NCBI GenBank assembly: GCA_045654805.1
Contig: JAZOOD010000027.1
Coordinates: 1,719 to 65,718, forward strand
Source: Clostridia bacterium
Lineage (GTDB): Bacteria; Bacillota; Clostridia; Monoglobales; Firm-18
DNA: 64,000 bases
Reading direction: 5' to 3'
Of this stretch, positions 38,872 through 48,571 are shown piece after piece; the stretch's first letter is position 1, and the number at the start of each line of letters is the position of its first letter. The position numbers and the translations under genes were made by a program. Under the pieces are notes generated by a model, which searched no databases, was not told the DNA's origin, and saw only the letters and a list, made by a program, of their open reading frames with translations.

Positions 38872-38900
38872 ATATAATCTACAATTTTTTTAAAAATATT
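38872..38900 (-). promoter_or_regulatory. forespore (sigma-G/F)-like promoter match upstream of the 44-aa gene
   Basis: Minus strand reads GAATA, 17 nt spacer, GATTATA. This compares with the consensus as I recall it: GHATR, 17-18 nt, CATXHTA. Confidence 0.3.
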
Positions 38901-38905
38901 CAAAA

Positions 38906-39199
38906 TTATTTTTTTGGAACAACAATAGTTTTATTATTTATGGATTCACGATATATAATAAATTTACTCCCAATGCACTGAATAGGTTGTGCACCTGTTT
39001 TTTCGCAAATTTCTCCACATGTTTCTCTTACGTCAAGCATCGAATTTTCCAATACTTTTATTTTAATTAATTCATTTGCCTCCAGGGCTTCATCAATCAT
39101 TGAAATTGTATTATCATCAACGCCATTTTTTCCTATTTGATATTTTGCATCAATAGTATTTGCAAGACCTCTTAGATATGCTCTTTGTTTTCCAGTCAT
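38906..39199 (-). CDS. yhbY: YhbY family RNA-binding protein (CRM domain)
   Basis: MTGKQRAYLRGLANTIDAKYQIGKNG. Confidence 0.88.
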   Translation of the reverse strand: MTGKQRAYLRGLANTIDAKYQIGKNGVDDNTISMIDEALEANELIKIKVLENSMLDVRETCGEICEKTGAQPIQCIGSKFIIYRESINNKTIVVPKK

Positions 39200-39300
39200 T
39201 TTATTCTCCTTAATCTATTTCATAAATTTATTTAACCAAACAATTACAACTATATAATATAATAAAACAACTTAAAATTTTTGTCAATAATATGTAGTTA

Positions 39301-39330
39301 AAAAAGCTTTGATTTGCATCAAAGCTTTTA
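39301..39330 (-). terminator. terminator after ytfJ
   Basis: AAAGCTTTGAT/ATCAAAGCTTT stem followed by a T-run on the minus strand. Confidence 0.6.
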
Positions 39331-39334
39331 ATAA

Positions 39335-39712
39335 TCAATCTTTTTTAAACATCTTTGAAAGTGATTCTATAGCAGAGGGCAACATATCACAAATTTTTTC
39401 AAGAGGTGTTGCGCTATCAATATTCAATATTTTCACATCACCGTTAGATACAACTAAAAAGCCAACAGGCTGTACTGTCACTCCTCCGCCGCTGCCTGCG
39501 GTTATGCCATCAATCTTTGAACTTGTATCACCTTTAGAATTATCATAATTCCAGCCACCCATACCATATCCAACCGATAATTTAGTAATAGGAATTATAG
39601 TAGTCCCATCTAAGGTTTCTATAGGTTTCCCTATAATTGTATCTGTATCAATCATACCCTTTAAACCATCCATTGATGCCGAAAATAGACCTTCTAATTC
39701 ATATTGAGCCAT
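39335..39712 (-). CDS. ytfJ: sporulation protein YtfJ (GerW family)
   Basis: IIGKPIE...TIIPITKLSVGYG...GGGVTVQPVGFLVV. Confidence 0.88.
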   Translation of the reverse strand: MAQYELEGLFSASMDGLKGMIDTDTIIGKPIETLDGTTIIPITKLSVGYGMGGWNYDNSKGDTSSKIDGITAGSGGGVTVQPVGFLVVSNGDVKILNIDSATPLEKICDMLPSAIESLSKMFKKD

Positions 39713-39714
39713 AA

Positions 39715-40311
39715 TTAATTACCGCCTTTCAAAGTATTTTTAAATCGTTTAATATGTTTAACTGTTTTTATTAAATATAAAATTCGTGCTGAAAAAACAA
39801 AATCTAATTTGAAATTAAAAATTTTTTCTGTATAATAAGGTTTTACGGCAATATTAGTAAATTCATTAATATTAATATATTTGCTTATAAAACCGCAAAT
39901 ATTCGATATCAGCCCCCAAATAATCCCGCCGGTAATACCTGTTATAGCAGCATCGCCAAAACCGTAATCAAGTGATATATCCAATTTTTTAACTGATAAA
40001 GTTTTTTTAATAAATTTAAGAATATATATAAGATCATCATTTTTATCATCAAGGATTTTTCTGATAAAATTTATAATAAATTTAAAATTCATATATTTTT
40101 TTTCAAAAGATTCATCTTTATTAGTTGTTTTATTAGATTCTATTTTATTTGAGGAATCGTATAGCTTTATTCTGAATAAATATACTTTAATAATCCCATT
40201 ATCTATTAAAATTGATATTTTTATCTTAGCAAACAGTATTACAAACAATAGAATCAATATAAATAGCAAAATAGAATATACTGTTGTAATGAACACATTC
40301 ATACACATCAT
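39715..40311 (-). CDS. DUF2953 (YtfI-like) sporulation membrane protein
   Basis: N-terminal TM. Position upstream of ytfJ. GDAAITGITGG motif. Confidence 0.7.
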   Translation of the reverse strand: MMCMNVFITTVYSILLFILILLFVILFAKIKISILIDNGIIKVYLFRIKLYDSSNKIESNKTTNKDESFEKKYMNFKFIINFIRKILDDKNDDLIYILKFIKKTLSVKKLDISLDYGFGDAAITGITGGIIWGLISNICGFISKYININEFTNIAVKPYYTEKIFNFKLDFVFSARILYLIKTVKHIKRFKNTLKGGN

Positions 40312-40856
40312 CCTTGATTATTTTCTACATCTTCAATAATAAAGCTGTCAACCGGCATAAGCTCTTCAAGACCTGAGATAGCAAAAGTACGTAAAAACTC
40401 ATCCGTAGTACCCAAAAGTGATGGTCTGCCCGGTGCATCTACCCGACCAACAACTTCAATAAGACCAAGTTCTAGAAGCCTACTGACGGAATTATCACAA
40501 TTAACACCCCTTACGTGTTCAATGGATGCACGGGTAATCGGCTGTTTGTATGCAATAATAGCCAAAACTTCCATTGTAGCTTTCGACAAAGGATTTTTCT
40601 TTTTAGGCTCCACAATCTTCTGTATATATTCTGCATATTCCCCACGAGTAGACATCTGATATTTGTCACCTAGTCTTATTATTTTTACACCACGCTTATC
40701 ATAATTATACTTGTCCATCATATTTTTTAGCAAACTTCTTAACTGTTCAGTCTCAACCTCGGTAATTTCACTTAATTTTTCAATATGCAAAGCATCGCCT
40801 GATGCAAAAAGACAAGCCTCTATAATAGCCTCAATAGTCGGTATGCTCAAATTCAT
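40308..40856 (-). CDS. scpB: segregation and condensation protein B
   Basis: IEAIIEACLFASGD and two winged-helix domains. The start is uncertain (40856 or 40883). Confidence 0.88.
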   Translation of the reverse strand: MNLSIPTIEAIIEACLFASGDALHIEKLSEITEVETEQLRSLLKNMMDKYNYDKRGVKIIRLGDKYQMSTRGEYAEYIQKIVEPKKKNPLSKATMEVLAIIAYKQPITRASIEHVRGVNCDNSVSRLLELGLIEVVGRVDAPGRPSLLGTTDEFLRTFAISGLEELMPVDSFIIEDVENNQG

Positions 40857-41592
40857 TTTCTTCAATTTCTCCCTTACCCACATATGTTATTTCATAATCA
40901 CTGTCCTCGTTACCTACAATAATTCTGTTCATCTTCATAAGCTCGAGAACTGCAAGAAAAGATGCAACAGCTTCATCCCTGCTCTTTACATTTTTAAACA
41001 TTTCCTTAAATTTAATCTTCTTCTTAAACAAAAACTTTTTCACAAATTCCTTTACCTTGGTAAACACAGGTATTGGGTCACGACCAACAATACCAGAAAA
41101 TTTTTGTATTGAAACAGGTTTTTTTCTGTCAATTAGGTATACAACATCCTCAGCAGCCCCACAAAGACTTTCCAAAGTAACAAGCTTTAAGCTTTCATCA
41201 ATTAAGATAGGTTGGATATAATCGCGTTGTTTAAAAAATGAAAAACCACCGGAAAATTCCTTTTCTCTCAAATAATCAGCAGCCATTTTCATACGTTTAT
41301 ATTCTTCTAGTCTTTTAGTAAGTTCAAGTCTTGGGTCTTCCTCTTCCATTTCTTCTTCATCTTTTGGTAAAATCATCTTTGATTTAATATACAAAAGATT
41401 GGCCGCAAGTACTAAAAATTCACTTGAAACCTCTATGTCATAATGATCCATTTCCTCTATATAGTCCAGATATTGCTCCGTGATTTCAGAAATCGGAATA
41501 TCATAGATACTTACTTTATTTTTATTTATAAGATGCATAAGCAAATCTAAAGGACCCTCAAAGATTTGCAACTTAAATGCTATTTGTTTCAA
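40831..41592 (-). CDS. scpA: segregation and condensation protein A
   Basis: FEGPLDLLMHLI N-terminal motif. Confidence 0.9.
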   Translation of the reverse strand: MKQIAFKLQIFEGPLDLLMHLINKNKVSIYDIPISEITEQYLDYIEEMDHYDIEVSSEFLVLAANLLYIKSKMILPKDEEEMEEEDPRLELTKRLEEYKRMKMAADYLREKEFSGGFSFFKQRDYIQPILIDESLKLVTLESLCGAAEDVVYLIDRKKPVSIQKFSGIVGRDPIPVFTKVKEFVKKFLFKKKIKFKEMFKNVKSRDEAVASFLAVLELMKMNRIIVGNEDSDYEITYVGKGEIEENEFEHTDY

Positions 41593-42228
41593 TTAAGCCA
41601 CCCCTAATAACGTAAGCAATTTAACTACTAACTCCCACAATTTATTTATAAGATTATTAACACCAACACTGATTATTCTGGAAGAAAGATTTGTAAATGA
41701 AAGCAACAGAATTATTAACATCCCGTATCTTTCGTAAATCATAAGTTTAAAATAATATTTTTCAGGCAAAAAAGCAAATAGAACTTTTGAACCATCAAGT
41801 GGCGGAACAGGCAAAAGATTAAACATTGCCAAAACCGCATTATAATGTACACTTAAATAAAAAAAACTTATAATGTACTCGTTCCAGGTGTTTATAATAC
41901 CTAACGCATAAAATAACAAGGAAATAAACGCAAGAATTATATTCATTAATGGTCCTGCCAATGCAGTAATAGCCATTCCTTTTTTTGGATCACGAAATCT
42001 AAACATATCAACTGGTACAGGCTTCGCCCAACCAATGCCAGCAACAATAAGCATCAAAAATCCAAGCCAATCTATGTGTTTTAAAGGATTTAAAGACAAT
42101 CTATCATTATATTTTGCAGTTTTATCACCCATTATATATGCAGCAAACCCATGGGATAATTCATTCAAACTTAAACTGATTATCAATATAGGAACGGTAA
42201 ACAATAACTGGAGCATATTGAACAACAA
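41593..42228 (-). CDS. site-2 protease family (M50) membrane metalloprotease
   Basis: HELSHGFAA and a downstream NLLPVPPLDG motif. Confidence 0.85.
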   Translation of the reverse strand: MLFNMLQLLFTVPILIISLSLNELSHGFAAYIMGDKTAKYNDRLSLNPLKHIDWLGFLMLIVAGIGWAKPVPVDMFRFRDPKKGMAITALAGPLMNIILAFISLLFYALGIINTWNEYIISFFYLSVHYNAVLAMFNLLPVPPLDGSKVLFAFLPEKYYFKLMIYERYGMLIILLLSFTNLSSRIISVGVNNLINKLWELVVKLLTLLGVA

Positions 42229-42284
42229 AATTCACCCTTTTTCATACTTTTACCCAATTATTCTATCACATATATCCAAAAGTG

Positions 42285-44105
42285 TCAATTTTGGTTATTA
42301 AAATACTCATATATATTCTTAGCGGTATTTTTATCAATTACTTTCGATAATTCCTCCACATCAGCACTCTTTATAACATTAATTGACTTAAAAGTCCTTA
42401 ATAATTTATTCTTCTTTGCCTCACCAACTCCTTTAATGTTGGTAAGTTCGGATTCCAAAGTGGTTTTTTTATGCTTTCTGTGGAATGATTTTATAGCAAA
42501 ACGGTGAGTTTCGTCCTGTATTTGTGTAATAAATTTAAAAATTGCATCTGTTTTTTTAATATAAATTTCTTCACTTTCAGTTGTCACACCCCGTGTCCTG
42601 TGTCTGTCATCCTTAACCATACCAAAAACTGGTATGTCAAGCTTGTAAAAATCCACTATTTCTTTGGCGGCTTTTACATGACCTTTTCCCCCATCAATTA
42701 AAATCAAATCAGGTAATTCAAAGCCATCAACTTTTTCAACTCCATTTTCCAGACGTCTGTACAGAGTTTCTCTAATGCTCTCATAGTCATCTGCACCATC
42801 AACAGACCGGATATTAAACAGCCTGTAATCGGATTTTTTAGGGGTACCATTTTCAAAAACAACACATACACCTACACTATCCGCGCCTGATATGTTGGAA
42901 ATGTCATACGATTCAATCCTCATAGGCGGATTATCCAATCCAAAGGTTGATTTAATCTGATATATAAGGTCATTCATCTTCTTTTTACCGGTATCAACCT
43001 TTAATAAATGAAGCTTTAGTAATTCAATGGCATTATTTTCGGCCATCTTAACTAATTTTGCATTATCACCTCTTAGCGGAATACCTAAATTAATTTTATA
43101 GCCGCATTTATCCGATAACCATTGTTCTATTAATTCTAAATCCTCAATATTTTCTTGTATAAAAATTTTATTTGGAATAAATTCAGTCATTGAATAATGC
43201 TGTTTAATAAAGTCAGTCATCAACCGTTTTTTTGATTCTTTATCAACATTTTTTATAATAAAATGTTCTCTATTAATCATTTTTCCATCCCTAATGCTCA
43301 AAAGCATTATGCAAACATAAATACCAATATCCGCCATAGCTACAACATCTTTATTATTTAATGATGTTGAGGTAATTCTTTGCTTCTCACGAATATGCTT
43401 TATATTATCTATTTTATCTCTTAGCTTAGCAGCTTTTTCAAAATGTAAATTCCTTGCCGCATCAATCATAGATTCTTCTAAAATGTTCAAAACTTCTGAA
43501 TGATTTCCATTTAAAAAATCCACAATTTTTTCAAAATTCTTTTTGTACTCTACCTGACTTATCCTATTATCACATGGCGCGGAACAAATACCGATTTGAT
43601 AGTTAAGACAAGGTCTGTCCTTTCCTATATCACGCGGCAAAACTCTATTACAGGACCTTACATTAAATACAGTTTTTACCATATCAATAGTATCGTTTAC
43701 AACACGTGAATTAAGATATGGTCCGAAATATTGTGCCTTATCCCTCATCACTTTTCTTGCAAGCATAATTTTAGGAAAATCCTCATTCATTGTTATTTTT
43801 ATATATGGATATGCTTTATCATCTTTTAGTAGTATATTATAATAAGGCTGATGTTGTTTAATAAGATTACATTCCAATACTAAAGCTTCAAATTCATTGC
43901 CAACAATAATGTACTCAAACCTGTCAATATTTTCTACCATAGCAGCAACCTTAGGTGTATGGGAAGTATTTTTTCTAAAATATGATGAAACTCTGTTTTT
44001 TAAATTTTTTGCCTTACCTACATATATAATATCATTATTCTTATCATACATAAGATAAACTCCCGGATTGGTAGGCAAATTTTTAACTGATTCTTCAATA
44101 GTCAT
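42285..44105 (-). CDS. uvrC: excinuclease ABC subunit C
   Basis: GIY-YIG (GVYLMYD...IIYVGKA), UVR, endonuclease and HhH domains. Confidence 0.95.
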   Translation of the reverse strand: MTIEESVKNLPTNPGVYLMYDKNNDIIYVGKAKNLKNRVSSYFRKNTSHTPKVAAMVENIDRFEYIIVGNEFEALVLECNLIKQHQPYYNILLKDDKAYPYIKITMNEDFPKIMLARKVMRDKAQYFGPYLNSRVVNDTIDMVKTVFNVRSCNRVLPRDIGKDRPCLNYQIGICSAPCDNRISQVEYKKNFEKIVDFLNGNHSEVLNILEESMIDAARNLHFEKAAKLRDKIDNIKHIREKQRITSTSLNNKDVVAMADIGIYVCIMLLSIRDGKMINREHFIIKNVDKESKKRLMTDFIKQHYSMTEFIPNKIFIQENIEDLELIEQWLSDKCGYKINLGIPLRGDNAKLVKMAENNAIELLKLHLLKVDTGKKKMNDLIYQIKSTFGLDNPPMRIESYDISNISGADSVGVCVVFENGTPKKSDYRLFNIRSVDGADDYESIRETLYRRLENGVEKVDGFELPDLILIDGGKGHVKAAKEIVDFYKLDIPVFGMVKDDRHRTRGVTTESEEIYIKKTDAIFKFITQIQDETHRFAIKSFHRKHKKTTLESELTNIKGVGEAKKNKLLRTFKSINVIKSADVEELSKVIDKNTAKNIYEYFNNQN

Positions 44106-44173
44106 AACAAAAACTCCTATAAAGAAAAAAATAGTCCTGTAAAAACACAGAACTATTCCTGTAATCAAAAATA

Positions 44174-44437
44174 TTATTCAGCAAAGTTTGAAGAAATTAA
44201 TTCTACCAAAGCCATAACCGCCTGTTCTTCATCTGAACCGTCAGCAATAATGTTGATATTAACGCCTCTGGTAATACCAAGTGACAAAACACCCAACAAG
44301 CTTTTGGCATTAACTTTTCGTTCATCCTTTTCCACCCAAATGCTTGATTTGAATTCGTTAGCCTTTTGAATAAAGAAAGTTGCAGGTCTTGCATGTAAAC
44401 CAACCTGATTGCTAACTAATACTTCTTTTGAAAACAT
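44174..44437 (-). CDS. ptsH: phosphocarrier protein HPr
   Basis: His15 (GLHARPA) and Ser46 (NAKSLLGV) motifs. Confidence 0.88.
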   Translation of the reverse strand: MFSKEVLVSNQVGLHARPATFFIQKANEFKSSIWVEKDERKVNAKSLLGVLSLGITRGVNINIIADGSDEEQAVMALVELISSNFAE

Positions 44438-44560
44438 AGAATCTCTCCTTCATACCTCAGGAATAATTTATATATTAATAGAATACTAAATTTTTTCAAC
44501 AAAGTCAACATAATTTTAAAATTTTGTTAATATTTACATCTTTTTTTCTTAAAAAAGATA

Positions 44561-45730
44561 TTATTTTAGCCAATCTAATATAATATCCTTACGATGAATC
44601 ATTTCATCAATACGTTCAACATAATCCCTTGCCTCTTTTACATTAAAAACCCTTTCAATCCTGTCATTTGGCAAATTAACTATTTTTGTAACACCGCCGC
44701 ATCCCATAGAAATAATACTGTTAGTTTCTTCCATTATCATAATATTATACAAACATTCCTTGCCTTCCTTTGAGTAACCTATATTTTCAAAATTTCCTAC
44801 CATATGCTTCTGGCGATACAAATAATATGGAAAGTATCCGTTATCATATAACATTTTTGTTGAATAATCAACCATACTTTCTACAATATTTTCATCAGTC
44901 AATGCATAATCCCCTAGCTTTTCATGTAAAATTGAACCTCTTTTTATACTCATAGTATGCACGGTAATGCATTCCGGTGCAAGTTCAATTACACGGTTTA
45001 CAGAATTTTTAAATTCATCAAGGGTTTCTGTTGGTAAACCTGCAATTAAATCCATATTTATATTGTCAAATCCACAATCTCTGGCAAGTTTAAAACTTTC
45101 ATAAATATCATTTACGGTATGTGCTCTTCCAATAACTTTTAATATATTATCATTCATCGTCTGAGGGTTGATACTTATCCTTGTAACTCCACATTTTTTT
45201 AAGGTTTCAAGCTTTTCGCGATCTATTGTATCCGGTCTTCCTGCCTCTACTGTAAATTCAACAATATTTTCAAGTTTGAAACACTCAAAGCATTTTATAA
45301 TTACATCTTCCAAATCCATTGCAGAAAGTGTAGTGGGTGTACCTCCCCCAAAATAAAGGCAAACTATATTATAATCTGTTTTTTTAAGTAATTCAGCTGT
45401 ATACTCTATTTCTTTTTTTAATTCTTTTATAAACTCCCGCATATATTTTTTATTATTTGCAGCTGAATTTGTGACAAAAGAACAATAAAGACATCTTGTT
45501 TTGCAAAAGGGAACGCCGATGTACAAACAAATATCATTTTTATTAAAACCTTCTAGAATATTCATCTCTCTAATAGCTATATCCAAAGTTAACTGTGTTT
45601 TTTCCTTACTAACATTAAGTTCTTTTTGAAACTTATTTATAAAATCATATTTTGTACTGCCGGACCCAAGCAAAGTCCTAGCTATTTTAACAGGACGTAT
45701 GCCAGTTACATCTCCCCATAGATTTTTCAT
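44561..45730 (-). CDS. radical SAM protein, HemZ/HemN-like
   Basis: CKTRCLYCSF cluster motif and an N-terminal TGIRPVKI. Confidence 0.75.
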   Translation of the reverse strand: MKNLWGDVTGIRPVKIARTLLGSGSTKYDFINKFQKELNVSKEKTQLTLDIAIREMNILEGFNKNDICLYIGVPFCKTRCLYCSFVTNSAANNKKYMREFIKELKKEIEYTAELLKKTDYNIVCLYFGGGTPTTLSAMDLEDVIIKCFECFKLENIVEFTVEAGRPDTIDREKLETLKKCGVTRISINPQTMNDNILKVIGRAHTVNDIYESFKLARDCGFDNINMDLIAGLPTETLDEFKNSVNRVIELAPECITVHTMSIKRGSILHEKLGDYALTDENIVESMVDYSTKMLYDNGYFPYYLYRQKHMVGNFENIGYSKEGKECLYNIMIMEETNSIISMGCGGVTKIVNLPNDRIERVFNVKEARDYVERIDEMIHRKDIILDWLK

Positions 45731-45731
45731 A

Positions 45732-46358
45732 TTAGTATTCCCTCACATATGGATTATTATTTTTTTCATTAATTATTGTTGTCAAATCACCATGTCCCGG
45801 ATAAACTACAGTATCATCAGGCAATTTGTATAAATTTTTAATTGATTTTTTCAGTTTATTAAAATCACCATCTACAAAATCTGTTCTTCCTATAGAATGT
45901 TCAAATAATGTATCACCGGAAAATAAGATACCTTCAGTATAGACAGAAATACTTCCATTTGAGTGTCCGGGTGTATGAATAATCATTAGTTTATTATTTC
46001 CAAGTAAATATATTTCGTCATCATTATGTAAATCTATTTCCTTTACAACATTTTCTGTATTAGACGAGTTCAAATAAAAAATTTCATTTTTTGATAAAAT
46101 AGATGAAATATCATTTTTATGCATTAAAACAGTTGATTTATCAAAAAAATTCATATAATATTCCATACCGCCAATGTGGTCAAAATGTCCATGTGTAAAG
46201 ATTATATACTTTACATAATAATTATTGTTTAATATATCTAGGTTTAGCTTTTCACATATATCACCCGGATCTATAACAGCACATTCTTTTGTCTCTTCAT
46301 CAATCAACAAATAACAATTAGTCTGATACAAGCCGATACAATATCTTTTTACAATCAT
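45732..46358 (-). CDS. MBL-fold metallo-hydrolase
   Basis: THGHFDH motif. Confidence 0.85.
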   Translation of the reverse strand: MIVKRYCIGLYQTNCYLLIDEETKECAVIDPGDICEKLNLDILNNNYYVKYIIFTHGHFDHIGGMEYYMNFFDKSTVLMHKNDISSILSKNEIFYLNSSNTENVVKEIDLHNDDEIYLLGNNKLMIIHTPGHSNGSISVYTEGILFSGDTLFEHSIGRTDFVDGDFNKLKKSIKNLYKLPDDTVVYPGHGDLTTIINEKNNNPYVREY

Positions 46359-46371
46359 TATGATTCTCCTA

Positions 46372-48555
46372 TTAATGTTTTACACGGGAAACAGATGTTA
46401 CGCTTTCAATCCCCCTTAGGGATTTCATAAGTTTTTGAATCTGTTCCTGAGATGATACTACTGCTGTAACGTTTATTATAGCAAGATTATCTTTAGTTAC
46501 ACGGCTGTTTACAGCTCTAATTTGTGATTTTGCGGCAGATACAACATTCATTACATCTACCATTAGACCACCTCGGTCATTTGCAATAATCTGCAAATCG
46601 GATTCATAGTTTGAATTCTGGTCAGATGACCACCAAACTTCAATGAATCGCTGAGCATCAACTTCATTAATATTAGTTATATTGACACAGTCAGCTCTGT
46701 GAACAGATACTCCTCTTCCCTTTGTTATATATCCAACTATATCGTCACCTGGCACAGGGTTACAACAATGAGAAATCTTTACCAAACAATTATTAATGCC
46801 CTTTACTATTATACCATTGTTAGATTTGGTTATTTTTTCTGATGATATATTAACAAGGTCTTCAATTACATTGGTGTCACTTTCTATAGGATTAAGTTTT
46901 CTATAATAATCCTTTATTCTTGAAAAAGCTTTAGTAAGTGGAACACCACCAAAACCAACTGTTGATAATAAATCTTCTATTGTAGACAGTGTAAATTTCT
47001 TGCATATTGGTTCCATAAACTTTTTATCATTTAAAACAAAAATTGGAATTCCAGCCTTTTTTAATTCTTTTTCAATCATTTCACGGCCCTTTAGAATATT
47101 TTCCTCTCTGTTTTCCTTTTTAAACCAATCATTAATCTTCTTTTTAGCCTGAGATGTCTTTACAATTTTAAGCCAGTCACGGCTTGGCCCTCTTGAGTTT
47201 GATGACGTTATAATTTCAACAATATCACCGTTGGTAAGCTTATGTTCCAAAGTAACAATTTTACCATTAACCTTTGCTCCAACTGTTTTATTACCAATAG
47301 CACTGTGAATAGCATAAGCAAAGTCTATAGGTCCCGCGCCGTTTGGCAAATTAATTACTGCACCTTTAGGCGAAAATACAAAAACCTCATCTTCAAACAA
47401 ATCGATTTTTAAGTTATGAATAAAGTCTTCAGCATCATTCATATCTCTATGAATTTCCAAAAGTTGCCTTACCCATTCAAGTTTATTATCTAAATCGGTA
47501 GCACCTGAAACTCCCTCTTTGTATTTCCAATGAGCAGCAATACCCACTTCAGCAATTTTGTGCATTTCCCATGTACGTATTTGAACCTCAAAAGGTCTTC
47601 CTCCGGGACCAATTAAGGATGTATGCAGGGATTGGTACATATTCTTTTTGGGCATCGCAATATAATCCTTAAATCTACCTGGAATAGGTTTATATATTTC
47701 GTGTACCATACCCAAAACAGCATAACATTCGTTAATATTGTTAACTATAACTCTTACAGCAAGCAAATCATATATCTCATCTATTGAAATGTTATTAGTA
47801 TACATCTTTTTATATATACTGTAAAAATGTTTGGCACGTCCGCTCATCCCAGCTTCAATTCCCATTTCATCTAATTTTTCCTGAAGGGTTGATTTAACAT
47901 TTTCAAGATACTCTATTCTCTCGCCGCGTTTCAAGCTGATGTGATCTGATATTTCTTTGTAAGCAATTGGGTCTAGATAACGTAGAGATAAATCCTCAAG
48001 TTCCCACTTAATCTTTTGCATACCAAGACGATTTGCCAATGGGGCAAAAACCTCCATTGTTTCATGTGATTTTTCACGTTGCTTTTCTTCTGACATACTC
48101 TTAAGAGTTCTCATATTATGAAGTCTATCTGCTAATTTTATAATAATAACACGGATATCTTTAGCCATTGCAAGGAACATTTTTCGCAAATTTTCTACCT
48201 GTTGTTCCTGTCTAGTGCTATACGGAATTTTACCAAGTTTTGTAACACCTTCAACAAGAAGCGCAACATTTTCACCAAAATTTTCTTTTATGTCATTAAT
48301 TGTACAAGATGTATCCTCAACAGTATCATGTAAAAGACCGGCAATTATTGCTTCATCATCCATTTCCAATTCAGACAGGATATATGCAACATTATATGGA
48401 TGAATAACAAAGGGTTCACCGGATTTACGATTTTGACCATCATGTGCTTTAGTAGCAAAATCGCCCGCCTTTTTAATTAAATCCAAATTACTGTTGGGAT
48501 TGTACTTTGCAATATTCTCTTTTAATTTTTCAAAATTCATAGCTGCATCATACAT
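46372..48555 (-). CDS. relA: bifunctional (p)ppGpp synthetase/hydrolase
   Basis: HD (HDTVEDT), RelA_SpoT, TGS and ACT domains. Start at MYDAAMN behind a GAGGTG SD. Confidence 0.95.
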   Translation of the reverse strand: MYDAAMNFEKLKENIAKYNPNSNLDLIKKAGDFATKAHDGQNRKSGEPFVIHPYNVAYILSELEMDDEAIIAGLLHDTVEDTSCTINDIKENFGENVALLVEGVTKLGKIPYSTRQEQQVENLRKMFLAMAKDIRVIIIKLADRLHNMRTLKSMSEEKQREKSHETMEVFAPLANRLGMQKIKWELEDLSLRYLDPIAYKEISDHISLKRGERIEYLENVKSTLQEKLDEMGIEAGMSGRAKHFYSIYKKMYTNNISIDEIYDLLAVRVIVNNINECYAVLGMVHEIYKPIPGRFKDYIAMPKKNMYQSLHTSLIGPGGRPFEVQIRTWEMHKIAEVGIAAHWKYKEGVSGATDLDNKLEWVRQLLEIHRDMNDAEDFIHNLKIDLFEDEVFVFSPKGAVINLPNGAGPIDFAYAIHSAIGNKTVGAKVNGKIVTLEHKLTNGDIVEIITSSNSRGPSRDWLKIVKTSQAKKKINDWFKKENREENILKGREMIEKELKKAGIPIFVLNDKKFMEPICKKFTLSTIEDLLSTVGFGGVPLTKAFSRIKDYYRKLNPIESDTNVIEDLVNISSEKITKSNNGIIVKGINNCLVKISHCCNPVPGDDIVGYITKGRGVSVHRADCVNITNINEVDAQRFIEVWWSSDQNSNYESDLQIIANDRGGLMVDVMNVVSAAKSQIRAVNSRVTKDNLAIINVTAVVSSQEQIQKLMKSLRGIESVTSVSRVKH

Positions 48556-48571
48556 AAAAACACCTCGCCTG

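Noticed and set aside
38651-38872. Plus-strand 73-aa Cys/Phe/Ser-rich ORF from the track (CSGYCFACSVRFCSGCCSDCCFVCF), which could look like a Cys-rich peptide precursor.
   Set aside because: It has no SD, and its ATG lies inside a terminator hairpin. It is the antisense reading of a repetitive AAC/CAG-rich minus-strand gene that has an SD, stop codon and terminator. The Cys richness is a by-product of the complement of Asn/Gln codons.
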